NCBI GenBank assembly: GCA_963842125.1
Contig: CAWJFE010000001.1
Coordinates: 686,351 to 750,350 of the forward strand
Source of the DNA: an uncultured Alphaproteobacteria bacterium
GTDB taxonomy: Bacteria; Pseudomonadota; Alphaproteobacteria; Rhizobiales; CAWCWK01
Reading direction: 5' to 3'
Length of the DNA: 64,000 nucleotides
The notes beneath the pieces are model-generated. The model searched no databases. It was not told the origin of the DNA and saw only the letters and a program-made list of their open reading frames with translations. Below, piece after piece: positions 50,543 through 60,215 of this stretch; position 1 is the first letter of the stretch; each line of letters starts with the position of its first letter. Position numbers and translations under genes: made by a program.

Positions 50543-51940
50543 ATGAGCCGTCTCATCTGTATCTCCAACCGTGTCGGCCCGCTCAACGATACCGCACAGG
50601 CGGGCGGGCTCGCCGTCGGGCTCGTCGATGCGTTGAAAGAGCGTGGCGGCACGTGGTTCGGCTGGTCGGGCGAGGTGACGGAGACCGGCACGTTCGGCCC
50701 CTTGCGGATGGAGGAGCAGGGCAAGGTCCAGCTCGCCACCATCGATATCACGCAGGCCGACAATGACGAGTTCTACGCCGGCTACACGAACCGCACGCTC
50801 TGGCCGCTCTTCCACTACCGGCTCGACATCGCCGATTTCCACAAGCGCTTCGAGGACGCGTACCGGCGCGTCAACAATCGCTTCGCCGAGCGCGTCAAAC
50901 CGCTCATCGGGGCGAGCGATATCGTCTGGGCGCACGATTACCACTTCCTGCCGCTCGGCGCCGAGCTGCGCCGGATGGACGTGAAGAACCCGATCGGCTT
51001 CTTCCTCCACACCCCGTTCCCACCGCCCGAGATCCTGACAGCCCTGCCCCGCTCGCAGAACATGATCCGGGACATGATGGCCTATGATCTCATCGGCTTT
51101 CAGACCGATCTCGATCGGCGCTGCTTCGTGCGCTACGTCGTCGAGGAGCTGGGCGGTTCGGCGGACGAGGACGGGCGGGTCCATCTCGGCACCGAGCACG
51201 CGACCGCGACCGTCTTCCCGATCGGCATCGACGCCGACAGCTTCGCCAAGCTCGCCACGACCGACATCGCCAAGGAGCACGGCGCGCGGCTCCAGGCCCT
51301 GTTGGCGGGCCGGCGCCAGATCATCGGTGTCGACCGGCTCGACTATTCGAAGGGCATCCCCGAGCGCTTTCTCGGCTTCGAGCGCCTGCTGCAGAACTAT
51401 CCGACCAATCGCGGCGGTGTCAGCTTCATGCAGATCGCGCCGCTGTCGCGCGCGCAGCTCGATGCCTATGCGGACCTTCGCCATCATCTCGAATCGGAGT
51501 TGGGCCGCATCAACGGCGCCTATGCCGATTTCGACTGGACGCCGATCCGCTTCCTCACCCGGGGCTTCACGCGGCAGATCCTCGCCGGCCTCTACCGCGC
51601 CTCTGCGGTCGGGCTCGTCTCGCCGCTGCGCGACGGCATGAACCTCGTCGCCAAGGAATACGTGGCGGCGCAGGATCCCGAGAATCCGGGCGTTCTCGTC
51701 CTCTCCCGGTTTGCCGGCGCCGCCGAGCAGATGCAGGAGGCCCTCATCGTCAATCCCTACAACATCGATTCGATGGCCGACGCCCTCCAGACCGCCATCG
51801 ACATGCCGCTCGATCAGCGAAAGGAGCGCTGGCAGGCGCTCAACACGCATATCCACGAGGCCGACGCCAAGGCCTGGTGCGCGCATTACCTCTCGGCCCT
51901 CGACGAGGCCGCCACGGTGCGCGCCAAGAACAAGCGATAG
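50543..51940 (+). CDS. otsA: Alpha,alpha-trehalose-phosphate synthase (UDP-forming)
   Basis: MSRLICISNRV..GGLAVGL..WFGWSGE..WPLFHYR..VWAHDYHFLPL..FFLHTPFPP..GVDRLDYSKGI..LRDGMNLVAKEYVAAQ. Confidence 0.95.
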   Translation: MSRLICISNRVGPLNDTAQAGGLAVGLVDALKERGGTWFGWSGEVTETGTFGPLRMEEQGKVQLATIDITQADNDEFYAGYTNRTLWPLFHYRLDIADFHKRFEDAYRRVNNRFAERVKPLIGASDIVWAHDYHFLPLGAELRRMDVKNPIGFFLHTPFPPPEILTALPRSQNMIRDMMAYDLIGFQTDLDRRCFVRYVVEELGGSADEDGRVHLGTEHATATVFPIGIDADSFAKLATTDIAKEHGARLQALLAGRRQIIGVDRLDYSKGIPERFLGFERLLQNYPTNRGGVSFMQIAPLSRAQLDAYADLRHHLESELGRINGAYADFDWTPIRFLTRGFTRQILAGLYRASAVGLVSPLRDGMNLVAKEYVAAQDPENPGVLVLSRFAGAAEQMQEALIVNPYNIDSMADALQTAIDMPLDQRKERWQALNTHIHEADAKAWCAHYLSALDEAATVRAKNKR

Positions 51941-52193
51941 GAGAAGCGATAGCGGCTTGCCGCCCAAAGGCGGGTGCGCGCATCTGTCCGCGCTTGAAGA
52001 CGAGGCCCCCGCGCCCAATCTCTTGAGGCAACACGATGGCCATGCGCCTCCCTCGACCCCTCGTCGCATGAGGCACGGGCGGGACGAGCGACGGTGGCTT
52101 TGGCCTTAACGGTTCTGCGTTAGCCTCCTCGTGCCCGCCTTCTTTGGCTGGCAGGCGGGTGGGGCGAATGGCGGACCGACAGGAGAGTTCGAG

Positions 52194-52448
52194 ATGATGG
52201 ACATGAAGGACGCGGTCATCACCCCGCAGGACCTCGCCCACCTCGGCGAGGACGAGATCGCCTATGTGAAGCCGATGCGGTCCGAAGAGATCACCGAGCT
52301 CTTCCCGCAGGCCCCCGATATCGAGCCGGGGCTCGACCTCTTCGCGCTCGTCAGCGCGAACGGGCGCCCGATCATTCTGACCGATACGCGAGAGGCCGCC
52401 CTCGCCAACGCCCTGCAGAACGAGCTGACGACGGTCAGCGTCCACTGA
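52194..52448 (+). CDS. DUF1150 family protein
   Basis: AGGAGAG lies 7 nt upstream. LAHLGEDEIAYVKPMRSEEI..LFALVSANGRPIILTDTREAALANA. Confidence 0.75.
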   Translation: MMDMKDAVITPQDLAHLGEDEIAYVKPMRSEEITELFPQAPDIEPGLDLFALVSANGRPIILTDTREAALANALQNELTTVSVH

Positions 52449-52476
52449 TCAGGGTCGGGGCAGCGGGCCCGGTCGG

Positions 52477-52941
52477 TCAGGCCGCTTTGGGCCGCTGGCT
52501 TCGGGTGAGAACCTCGTAGACCTCATGCGGGTCGCGCGTCGAGCGCAGCCGTGTCGCCGCGTCGTCGTCGCGTAGCAGGCGCGCGACATGCGCCAGCGCC
52601 TTGAGGTGATCGGCGCCCGATCCTTCGGGCGCCAGCAGCAGCACGATCAGATCGACCGGCTGATCGTCCGACGCATCGAACTCCACCGGCTTGTCGAGCC
52701 GCGCAAAGAGGCCGAAGAGCCGGTCGAGGCCGGCCATCCGGCCGTGCGGGATCGCGACGCCGCGCCCGATCCCGGTCGAGCCGAGACGCTCGCGCTCCAA
52801 CAGCGTATCGAAGATATCACGCGCCTCGAAGCCCGTGAGCTCGGCGGCCCGCGTGGCGAGGGTCTGGATGGCTTGCTTCTTGCTCGCCGCCTTGAGCGGG
52901 CTGACGACGGCATCGGGGCCGATCAGATCGTTCAGAGTCAT
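52477..52941 (-). CDS. ptsN: PTS(Ntr) EIIA component
   Basis: KKQAIQTLA..LLERERLGSTGIGRGVAIPHGRM (active-site His)..IVLLLAPE. Confidence 0.92.
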   Translation of the reverse strand: MTLNDLIGPDAVVSPLKAASKKQAIQTLATRAAELTGFEARDIFDTLLERERLGSTGIGRGVAIPHGRMAGLDRLFGLFARLDKPVEFDASDDQPVDLIVLLLAPEGSGADHLKALAHVARLLRDDDAATRLRSTRDPHEVYEVLTRSQRPKAA

Positions 52942-53330
52942 TACGCGCTCAAACCTCTACCTGTCCCGCCCGTACGGTCCCGCCGATGGCGGCGCCGCAC
53001 CAACCCACTCGCACCCGTCCGGCAGACCAGGCTCCAGCCCAGCACCTGCCCGACGACATCGATTTCGAAAGCGATGGGGGCACGGCCGTGCCCCGTCCTT
53101 GGGCTCGGCCGATCGGTCCACGCCGCCGGTCTCGATGAACTCGCTGGTTCGCGCCGTTCCGTTCCGGATATCCGGTCCGATCCAACGCTACGCCCCCAGA
53201 CATTCCGCGGCTGCCTGAGCCGACCGGACGTCCTCCAAAAACCTCTCGGCCTGTCCCTACCGCGCACCCTCCAAAGAGGTGTCCCGCAGCAAGCCGGACC
53301 GTATGGGAGGCGATTGTGGCTGTCAATTAT
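52941..53330 (-). pseudogene. hpf: Probable ribosome hibernation factor (hpf) broken over several reading frames
   Basis: The position between rpoN and ptsN fits hpf. The TAA stop overlaps the ptsN ATG (TAATG). HPF-like fragments occur in different frames: RVRGRD, GQAERFLEDVRSAQAAAE, KDGHG..IAFEIDVVGQVLG and LVRRRHRRDR. No single frame gives a convincing protein. Confidence 0.4.
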
Positions 53331-53424
53331 CCGACGATCAGAGATTGGATCACGACCTTTGGTTGCCGAACCCTATCCTATTGGCAAAGCCCCGCTTTTC
53401 GCAACCGGCACGACACTTGTGGAT

Positions 53425-54923
53425 CTAGGCATCCAAAGCGCGTGCACGCTTACGGCGAGACGATGAGGGAAGACCCAACGCCTCCCGATATTTGGCGACC
53501 GTGCGACGGGCGATCTCGGTGCCCTCGGCTTTGAGCATGCGGGTGAGAGCGTCGTCCGACAGCGGTCGGAGGGCATCCTCGGCCGCAATTAAGGCACCGA
53601 TCCGAACCTTCACCGAGACCGCCGTCACGCCGTCCGCGCCCTGGCTGCTGGCGAGCGCAGCGCCGAAGAACGCCTTCATCGGCACGACCCCATGCGGGCA
53701 GGCCAGCGTCTTGTTCGCGACGACCCGGCTCACGGTCGATTCGTGCATCTCGATGGCGTCGGCCACATCTCGCATCAGGAGGGGCGGAGAGCCTCCGCAC
53801 CCTGGCGAAGAAACGCGGTCTGGTGGCGCACGATCTCGGTCGCGACCTTGAGAATGGTGCGTTGGCGTTGGTCGAGGCTACGGATCAGCCAGCCGGCCTC
53901 GTCGAGAGCGGTATCGAGGAAGGTACGAGCGGCCGGGTCCACCACGGCCCGGACCTCCGTATGATAGGCCCGGTCGATGAGCACACGCGGCAGGGCGCTC
54001 GGATTGAGCTCCACGTGCCAGCCGCCATGTGGGTTCGGCACGACGAGCACGTCGGGCTCCGGCGGCTCCGGATCGGGCGCGGCAAAGCGCAGGCCTGGGC
54101 GAGGATCGAGCGCGCGGATCTCGCCGACCATCTCGGACAGATCCTCTCTATCGACGCCGCAGGCCTTGCGCAGGGCCGACCAGTCGCCTGCGGCGACGAG
54201 GTCGAGACGGTCGAGGAGCGCGCGCATGGCCGGATCGAGGCGGTCGCGTTCGCTCAACTGGAGCGCGAGGCACTCGGCCAGGTCCCGTGCGAAGACGCCG
54301 ACAGGATCGAGTGTCTGAAGCCGGCTCAAAACGCCACGCACCGATGCCAGAGGCACCTTGAGAGCGCTCGCGATCTCGTCGAGCGGGTCGCGCAGGTAGC
54401 CATCTGGCTCCAGCCGCTCCAGCAGGCGATCGGCGATCAGGCCCTGCACGGGGTGGGGCAGTGCGAGGGCGATCTGAGGCCGGAGGTGGTCGGCCAGCGT
54501 GACGGGCGCCCGCCATGTGTCTTCCCACGGTCCGTCCTGTGCGGGACCAGGCGTGGCGAGCGGGCCTGCCGCCGGCCGGGCCGCCTCGTCCTCGAAGACG
54601 TTGCCGAGCTCGGTTCCGAGACCAGCCTCCAACGCCTCGGTCGAGGTTTCAAGGCTGGAGGCTTCCGAGGTCGAGGCGTTCAGACGATCGTCGCCGTCAT
54701 CCGGATCGCCGACCCTCTCGCCTTCCTCGCGCGCGTTGCGCAGCGCTTCGTCGGCCTCGACGAGGAGCGGGTTGCGCTCGATCTCGGCGGCGACGTGGAC
54801 GGCGAGGTCGAGGCTGGAGAGCTGGAGGAGCTTGATCGCCTGCACGAGGCGCGGCGTCATGCTCAAGGTCTGGGTCTGGCGCGCCTCGAGGCGCAGGCCG
54901 GTATTCGGCGCGCCCGCGCTCAT
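53425..54923 (-). CDS. rpoN: RNA polymerase sigma-54 factor, with an apparent 1-nt deletion at the G4/C4 run 53781-53784
   Basis: The N-terminus is LRLEARQTQTLSMTPRLVQAIKLLQLSSLDL. The sequence ..FLRQGAEALRP|(L)LMRDVADAIEMHESTVSRV.. is split between ORFs 53775..55103 and 53425..53775. RpoN box ARRTVAKYRE. Confidence 0.9.
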
Positions 54924-54963
54924 CGGAGCCCGACCGGAATACGAGCGATCATAAGCCGGCGTA

Positions 54964-55866
54964 TCATAGCGAGAACCGCTCGCCGAGATAGACGCGGCGC
55001 ACCCCTTCGTCGGCGATGATCTCGTCGGGCGTGCCCTCCAACAGGACGTGACCGTCGTGTATGATCGTCGCGCGGTCGATGAGGCTGAGCGTCTCGCGCA
55101 CATTGTGGTCGGTGATGAGGACGCCGATGCCCCGCGCCGTCAGATGGCGCACCAGGGCCTGTATGTCGCCGACCGCGATCGGATCGACGCCCGCGAAGGG
55201 TTCGTCGAGCAGCATGAAGGCGGGATCGGAGGCGAGCGCGCGGGCGATCTCCAGCCTCCGGCGCTCGCCGCCCGACAGCGCGATCGAGGGGCTGGCGGCG
55301 AGATGCGCGATCGAGAACTCCTCCATCAGCTCCTCCAGCCGGTGTAGGCGCGTCGTCTTGTCGGGCTCGACGATCTCCAGCACGGCGAGAATGTTGTCGC
55401 GCACCGAGAGGCCGCGAAAGATCGAGGGCTCCTGTGGTAGGTAGCCGATGCCGAGCCGGGCTCTCGCATACATGGGCAGGCCCGTAATGTCTTCGCCGTC
55501 GAGCGTAATCGTGCCCTCGTCGGGGTCGACGAGCCCGGTGATCATATAAAAGACCGTCGTCTTGCCCGCGCCGTTGGGGCCCAAGAGGCCGACGGCCTCG
55601 CCGCGTCGGACGGAGAGGCCGACATCGCGCACCACGGGGCGCTTCTTGTAGGACTTGGCGAGGTGGGAGGCGCGCAGCAGGCCGACGCTCGAGGGCTGCT
55701 CGGGCACCGGCGTGCGGGGATCGGGCATGCGGGCGTCCGTCGTGCGGGCGTCGGTCGTGCGAGAGGACGAACCGGCCGCCGACGCGGGCACCGCTCTTGG
55801 CGGCGAGGCGCGATCGCGCGGCGTCGCATCCCCCGCCTCCCGCGATGTCTCGTAGGCCTCGCTCAC
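54964..55866 (-). CDS. lptB: LPS export ABC transporter ATPase
   Basis: GLLGPNGAGKTTVFYMITG, YLPQEPSIFR, LSGGERRRLEIARAL and LLDEPFAGVDP. The N-terminal extension has a 15-nt duplication (TTDARTTDAR). The ATG for MPDPRT.. is an alternative start. Confidence 0.93.
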   Translation of the reverse strand: MSEAYETSREAGDATPRDRASPPRAVPASAAGSSSRTTDARTTDARMPDPRTPVPEQPSSVGLLRASHLAKSYKKRPVVRDVGLSVRRGEAVGLLGPNGAGKTTVFYMITGLVDPDEGTITLDGEDITGLPMYARARLGIGYLPQEPSIFRGLSVRDNILAVLEIVEPDKTTRLHRLEELMEEFSIAHLAASPSIALSGGERRRLEIARALASDPAFMLLDEPFAGVDPIAVGDIQALVRHLTARGIGVLITDHNVRETLSLIDRATIIHDGHVLLEGTPDEIIADEGVRRVYLGERFSL

Positions 55867-55974
55867 GTCGTCCTGCCTCGTTGTCCGCGTTGCGCCTCGG
55901 CCGTCCCGATGCGGGATGGCGAGCCGCCTCGCTCCAATGATGCGTTAACCAGGGTTAACGGCGCGTTGACGCGC

Positions 55975-56523
55975 CTATTGCCCCGGTGCAGAGCCGGCCG
56001 AGAAGGTCGCGCGGATGCGGCCCTGATCGAGCTTGGCCTCGCCGGAGCGCAGATTGACGACGAGGCGCGGTCCGCGCAGCACGTTCTCGCCCTGGGTGAG
56101 GACGACGTCGCCGGTCAGCGTCACGGTCTCTGTCGTCACGTCATAGGTGCCCTCGGAGCCCCTGGCCGTCTGCTCGGGCGTCGAGACGGTGACGGGGCCC
56201 TCGGCCTCGATGCGCTCGATGTCCTGGCCCGCGCCGCCGGGCGTGGCCTCCGCGGCGCCGTCGCGTGCGGTGTAGAAGACGGTGAGCGCGGTGGCGGTCA
56301 GCGTCGTCTCGCCGCGCAGCACCCGGACGTTGCCGCGAAAGATCGCCCGGCTCTCCTCATCGAAGACCTCGAGCTCGTCGGCCTCGATATCGATCGGCCC
56401 CTCGCCGACCTCGACGCCGGTCAGAGCCTGCGCCATCGCGGGCGCAGGCGCGAGGATGGGGGCCGCGAGGAGCGCGAGGGCCAGGGCTGCGGCCGGTGCG
56501 AGGGCGATCGGCGACTTCGACAT
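55975..56523 (-). CDS. lptA: LPS transport periplasmic protein LptA (OstA-like)
   Basis: Signal peptide MSKSPIALAPAAALALALLAAPILAPAPAMA. The OstA fold is visible (IDIEADELEVFDEESRAIFRGNVRV..VTLTGDVVLTQGENVLRG.RLVVNL). An ATG at 56568 (ATGA overlap with the lptC stop) is an alternative start. Confidence 0.85.
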   Translation of the reverse strand: MSKSPIALAPAAALALALLAAPILAPAPAMAQALTGVEVGEGPIDIEADELEVFDEESRAIFRGNVRVLRGETTLTATALTVFYTARDGAAEATPGGAGQDIERIEAEGPVTVSTPEQTARGSEGTYDVTTETVTLTGDVVLTQGENVLRGPRLVVNLRSGEAKLDQGRIRATFSAGSAPGQ

Positions 56524-56564
56524 CGGCGGAACAACTCCTGATAAGGGATAGGCGGGGCTCTGGA

Positions 56565-57335
56565 TCATTCGGGTGCTGGCACCGACATGGGAGGATCGGA
56601 CGGCCCGCGCAAGCCGGATACGTCCGGACCGGGCGAGGCCGGGCTTCCGCCATTGGCCGGTGCGCCAGTGTCTGCCGTGCCATCGCTCGGGCTGAACCGG
56701 GCGCGAACGCGGCCGGTGAAGAGGACCCGTTTGCCCGAATCCTCGATCTCGACGCCCAGCGCCTCGATCCGCCCCTGCGGCGCGTCGAGCGTCACGGGCG
56801 AGGAGGAGACGAGGTTGCCGGTCGCGAGATCGACGCGCGCGTCTTCGAGCCGGGCCGTCTGGCCGCGCGCCGTCACGACGTCGACGCCGCCCGATAGCGC
56901 CAGCGTCTCGCCGTCGATCGCATAGAGCGCCGCGCCGGCCGTCACGTCGATCCGGCCCTGCGGTCCGTCGAGGACGGCGACGGGGTTCTCGAAGCGGACC
57001 TCGTCCTGGCGCGTGACGTCCTGCACGGCCCGGGCCGCCGTCACCTCGAAGCGCCGCCCGTTGATCGTGCCGCTGATATCGGGCTCGGCCATGACGAGTT
57101 CGCCGTCGACGAGCGCCGTCAGGTCGAGCGCGCCGAAGCCGAGATTGGCACCGCGCAGGAGAGCATTGATGGAGGCCGAGCCCCAGAAGGAGACGAGAAG
57201 AACGATACTGAGAAGGGGAAGGACCCAGCGCAGACGGCGCACGCGGCGCGAATGCCGGCGCGCGCGGGCCAGCGTCGCGGCCCGCATCGCCCGCGCCCGC
57301 TCCGAGGTCCGCGTGCCGGCGCGCCCTTCGCTCAC
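56565..57335 (-). CDS. lptC: LPS export protein LptC
   Basis: N-terminal anchor RLRWVLPLLSIVLLVSFWG followed by a beta-jellyroll-like region. Position is upstream of lptA-lptB. Confidence 0.75.
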   Translation of the reverse strand: MSEGRAGTRTSERARAMRAATLARARRHSRRVRRLRWVLPLLSIVLLVSFWGSASINALLRGANLGFGALDLTALVDGELVMAEPDISGTINGRRFEVTAARAVQDVTRQDEVRFENPVAVLDGPQGRIDVTAGAALYAIDGETLALSGGVDVVTARGQTARLEDARVDLATGNLVSSSPVTLDAPQGRIEALGVEIEDSGKRVLFTGRVRARFSPSDGTADTGAPANGGSPASPGPDVSGLRGPSDPPMSVPAPE

Positions 57336-57514
57336 CGCACGCTCCAGCGCGTAGGTCGTACCGTCGATCTCGCTCGCCTCCTACACGTCGCCCGAGAATA
57401 GCCCGCCGACATGACCGGCGGCTGAACGGCTTATGCCGCTCTTTGCGGGTGCACTCCTACAGGCGCTTTGCGGCGATCGTTCGGGCCGCGTGCCACGGTG
57501 GCCAGGCGCCGCAT

Positions 57515-58129
57515 TCAGCTATGCGCGAAGATATCGGTCTCGTCCCAGCCGAGAAGGTCGAGCCGGGCGCGCATGGGCAGGAAGGCGAAGCAGGCCTCGG
57601 CCTCGGCGACGCGTTCCTCGCGCGCCAGCATGGCATCGAGCCGCGCCTTCATCGCGTGGAGGTGGAGGACGTCGGAGGCGGCATAGGCCTTCTGTGCGTC
57701 GCTCAGGCTCTGCGCGCCCCAGTCCGAGCTCTGTTGCTGCTTGGAGACCTCGATCCCTAAGAGTTCGCGGGCGAGATCCTTCAGTCCATGCCGGTCGGTA
57801 TAGGTGCGCACCAGCTTGGAGGCGATCTTGGTGCAGTAGACCGGGGCCGTGACGACCCGGAGCGCGTTCTGGAGAGCCGCGATATCGAAGCGGGCGAAAT
57901 GAAAGAGCTTGAGAACGTCGGGGTCCCCCAGCATGGCCACGAGGTTGGGCGCCTCCGTCTGGCCGCGCGCGATCTGGACGAGATGCGCCGTGCCGTCGCC
58001 CGACGAGAGCTGGACGACGCAGAGCCGGTCGCGCTTCGGGTCGAGCCCCATCGTCTCGGTGTCGACGGCGATGACGGGGCCGAGGTCGAGCCCGTCCGGC
58101 AGGTCGCCGTGATGGAGGGTGATGGTCAT
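57515..58129 (-). CDS. rnd: Ribonuclease D-like 3'-5' exonuclease (short form)
   Basis: IAVDTETMGL (ExoI DxE), LFHFARFDIAAL (ExoII) and YAASDVLHL (ExoIII). Confidence 0.88.
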   Translation of the reverse strand: MTITLHHGDLPDGLDLGPVIAVDTETMGLDPKRDRLCVVQLSSGDGTAHLVQIARGQTEAPNLVAMLGDPDVLKLFHFARFDIAALQNALRVVTAPVYCTKIASKLVRTYTDRHGLKDLARELLGIEVSKQQQSSDWGAQSLSDAQKAYAASDVLHLHAMKARLDAMLAREERVAEAEACFAFLPMRARLDLLGWDETDIFAHS

Positions 58130-58388
58130 GGAGCGTAAGGCCTTCGAGGGTCTGCGGGACTGGGATCCGGAGGATTGGAGGGCGGTCTATCCGATGGCGC
58201 TGGCGCTGGCCAGCGTGGCGGCGGCGCAAGGAACCCCGGATACCCTCATCGCTCGTGCCCCCATCGCGGGCGCTGCCCCGCTTCGTGCTCCCCGCCGCCC
58301 GCTTGTTCCATCGGCTGCGATGCTCTAACCGCAGACGAGGACACACCTCTTCGCCGACACGCCTCCTCCAGGGTCTCTGCCGATCTCC

Positions 58389-60068
58389 ATGCTGGACGAC
58401 ATCGCTGGACGGATCATGCTGGTCGAGGGCTGGCGGCGCTGGGGGCTCGCGCTTCTCGCGGGTGCGGCGGCGAGCCTCGCGCTTGCACCCATCGGGGCGC
58501 TACCCGTCCTCGCCATCAGCCTGCCCATCCTCGTCTGGCTGATCGACGGGGCCGAGGGCGTCTCGCGGCCGGCGAGGCTTCGATCCGCCTTCGCCGTCGG
58601 CTGGGCCTTCGGGTTCGGCTATTTCGCCGCCTCGCTCTACTGGATCACGGAGGCCTTTCTCGTCGAGGGCGACGGGTTCGAATGGCTCGCCCCCCTCGCC
58701 GTGCCTCTGCTGGCCGGCGGGCTCGCGCTCTTCTTCGGGCTTGGCGCGGCGCTCGCGCGGCTCGTCTGGAGCGACGGGGCGGGGCGGATCGCGGCACTGG
58801 CCTTCGGGCTCGGCCTCTCAGAATGGCTGCGCGGCCACGTGCTGACCGGCTTCCCATGGAACGTGCCGGGGCTCACGCTCGCGGCCCATGACGCGACGGC
58901 GCAGGGCGCGGCCCTCGTCGGTCTCCATGGCTTGAGCGTGCTCGCGCTCCTTCTGGGGGCAAGCTTCGCCGCGCTGGCGCCGCGCAGGGCAGGCTGGACG
59001 GTCGCCGCCTGGGGCCCGCCCGTGCTCGCGCTCGCAGGTCTCGGCACGCTCGCGGTCTGGGGCGGTCAGCGCCCGCCGGAGCCGATCGCGCCGGCCATCG
59101 TGAACGGTCTGAAGGATGCCGGACTGCGCGGCGTCGCCCCGCCCGCCGACGACACGGTCTGGCTTCGCCTCGTCCAGCCCGCCATCCCGCAGGCCGAGAA
59201 ATGGCGGGGCGGCAATGGCGAGGCGATCCTGTCGACCTATCTCGATCTCAGCCGGGCGGGCCCGGCCGATACCGAGACGCCGCGGCCCTTGTCGCAGATC
59301 GACGCGCTGATCTGGCCCGAATCGGCCTTTCCCTTCGTACTCGTCGAGGCACCGGGCGCGCTCTCGCGGATCACCGACCTCGTGGCCGACGGCCCCGTTC
59401 TCCTCACCGGTGCCCTGCGGCTCGACCGGAGCGACGCGCGGCTCGACGGACGCCCGAGCGCCTATAACAGCCTCTATGCGATCGGGCCGCGCGGTATCGA
59501 GGCGGCCTACGACAAGACCCATCTCGTGCCCTTCGGCGAGTACCTGCCCTGGCAGTCCGCGCTCGAGGCCGTGGGCCTGCGCCAGCTCACCCAGATGCGC
59601 GGCGGCTTTCGGGCCGGGCGCACGCGCCAGACGCTCGATGTCGCCGGCCTGCCCCGCTTCCAGCCGCTCATCTGCTACGAGGCGGTCTTCCCGGGCGAAC
59701 TGTTCGGCCCCGACGTCTCAGGCGACGGCGCGGCGACGGCGCGGCCGGCCTGGCTTCTGAACGTCACCAACGACGCCTGGTTCGGCACCAGCCTCGGCCC
59801 TGCACAGCATCTCGCCCATGCCCGGCTGCGCGCGATCGAGGAAGGGCTGCCCTTGATTCGCGCGGCCAATACGGGCATTTCGGCCGTCTTCGATGCCTAT
59901 GGACGCACCACGGCGCGGCTCGAACTGGGGGTCGTCGGCGCGCTCGATGCGGCGCTGCCCGACGCGATCGCCCCGCCGCCCTTCGCGCGTTGGGGCTGGC
60001 GGATGCCGCTTGGACTTGTCCTCGCCTGTCTCGGCCTCGCGCTGATCGGGCGCTGGCGCCGGTCGTAG
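58389..60068 (+). CDS. lnt: Apolipoprotein N-acyltransferase
   Basis: A polytopic N-terminus plus a CN-hydrolase domain (LIWPESAFP..YDKTHLVPFGEYLP..LICYEAVFP..LLNVTNDAWFG). Confidence 0.93.
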   Translation: MLDDIAGRIMLVEGWRRWGLALLAGAAASLALAPIGALPVLAISLPILVWLIDGAEGVSRPARLRSAFAVGWAFGFGYFAASLYWITEAFLVEGDGFEWLAPLAVPLLAGGLALFFGLGAALARLVWSDGAGRIAALAFGLGLSEWLRGHVLTGFPWNVPGLTLAAHDATAQGAALVGLHGLSVLALLLGASFAALAPRRAGWTVAAWGPPVLALAGLGTLAVWGGQRPPEPIAPAIVNGLKDAGLRGVAPPADDTVWLRLVQPAIPQAEKWRGGNGEAILSTYLDLSRAGPADTETPRPLSQIDALIWPESAFPFVLVEAPGALSRITDLVADGPVLLTGALRLDRSDARLDGRPSAYNSLYAIGPRGIEAAYDKTHLVPFGEYLPWQSALEAVGLRQLTQMRGGFRAGRTRQTLDVAGLPRFQPLICYEAVFPGELFGPDVSGDGAATARPAWLLNVTNDAWFGTSLGPAQHLAHARLRAIEEGLPLIRAANTGISAVFDAYGRTTARLELGVVGALDAALPDAIAPPPFARWGWRMPLGLVLACLGLALIGRWRRS

Positions 60069-60148
60069 ACGGCCGACAGAAGGTGAGAAGATAAAAAACC
60101 TTTCTGCGGACTTCACTCTTTGTACCAGACGTTGTATTTTAATGCGGA

Positions 60149-60166
60149 CAACACGTTTTCGTGTTG
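60149..60166. promoter_or_regulatory. Perfect palindrome CAACACG-TTTT-CGTGTTG, candidate operator of the downstream XRE regulator
   Basis: 7-bp perfect arms, flanked by a second inverted pair CGGACA/TGTCCG (60145-50 / 60175-80). It lies in the only AT-rich stretch of the lnt-xre spacer, 50 nt upstream of ATG 60216. Confidence 0.4.
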
Positions 60167-60215
60167 ATATGACCTGTCCGACGATACCTCCCCACGAGCT
60201 TGAGCGAATACCACC

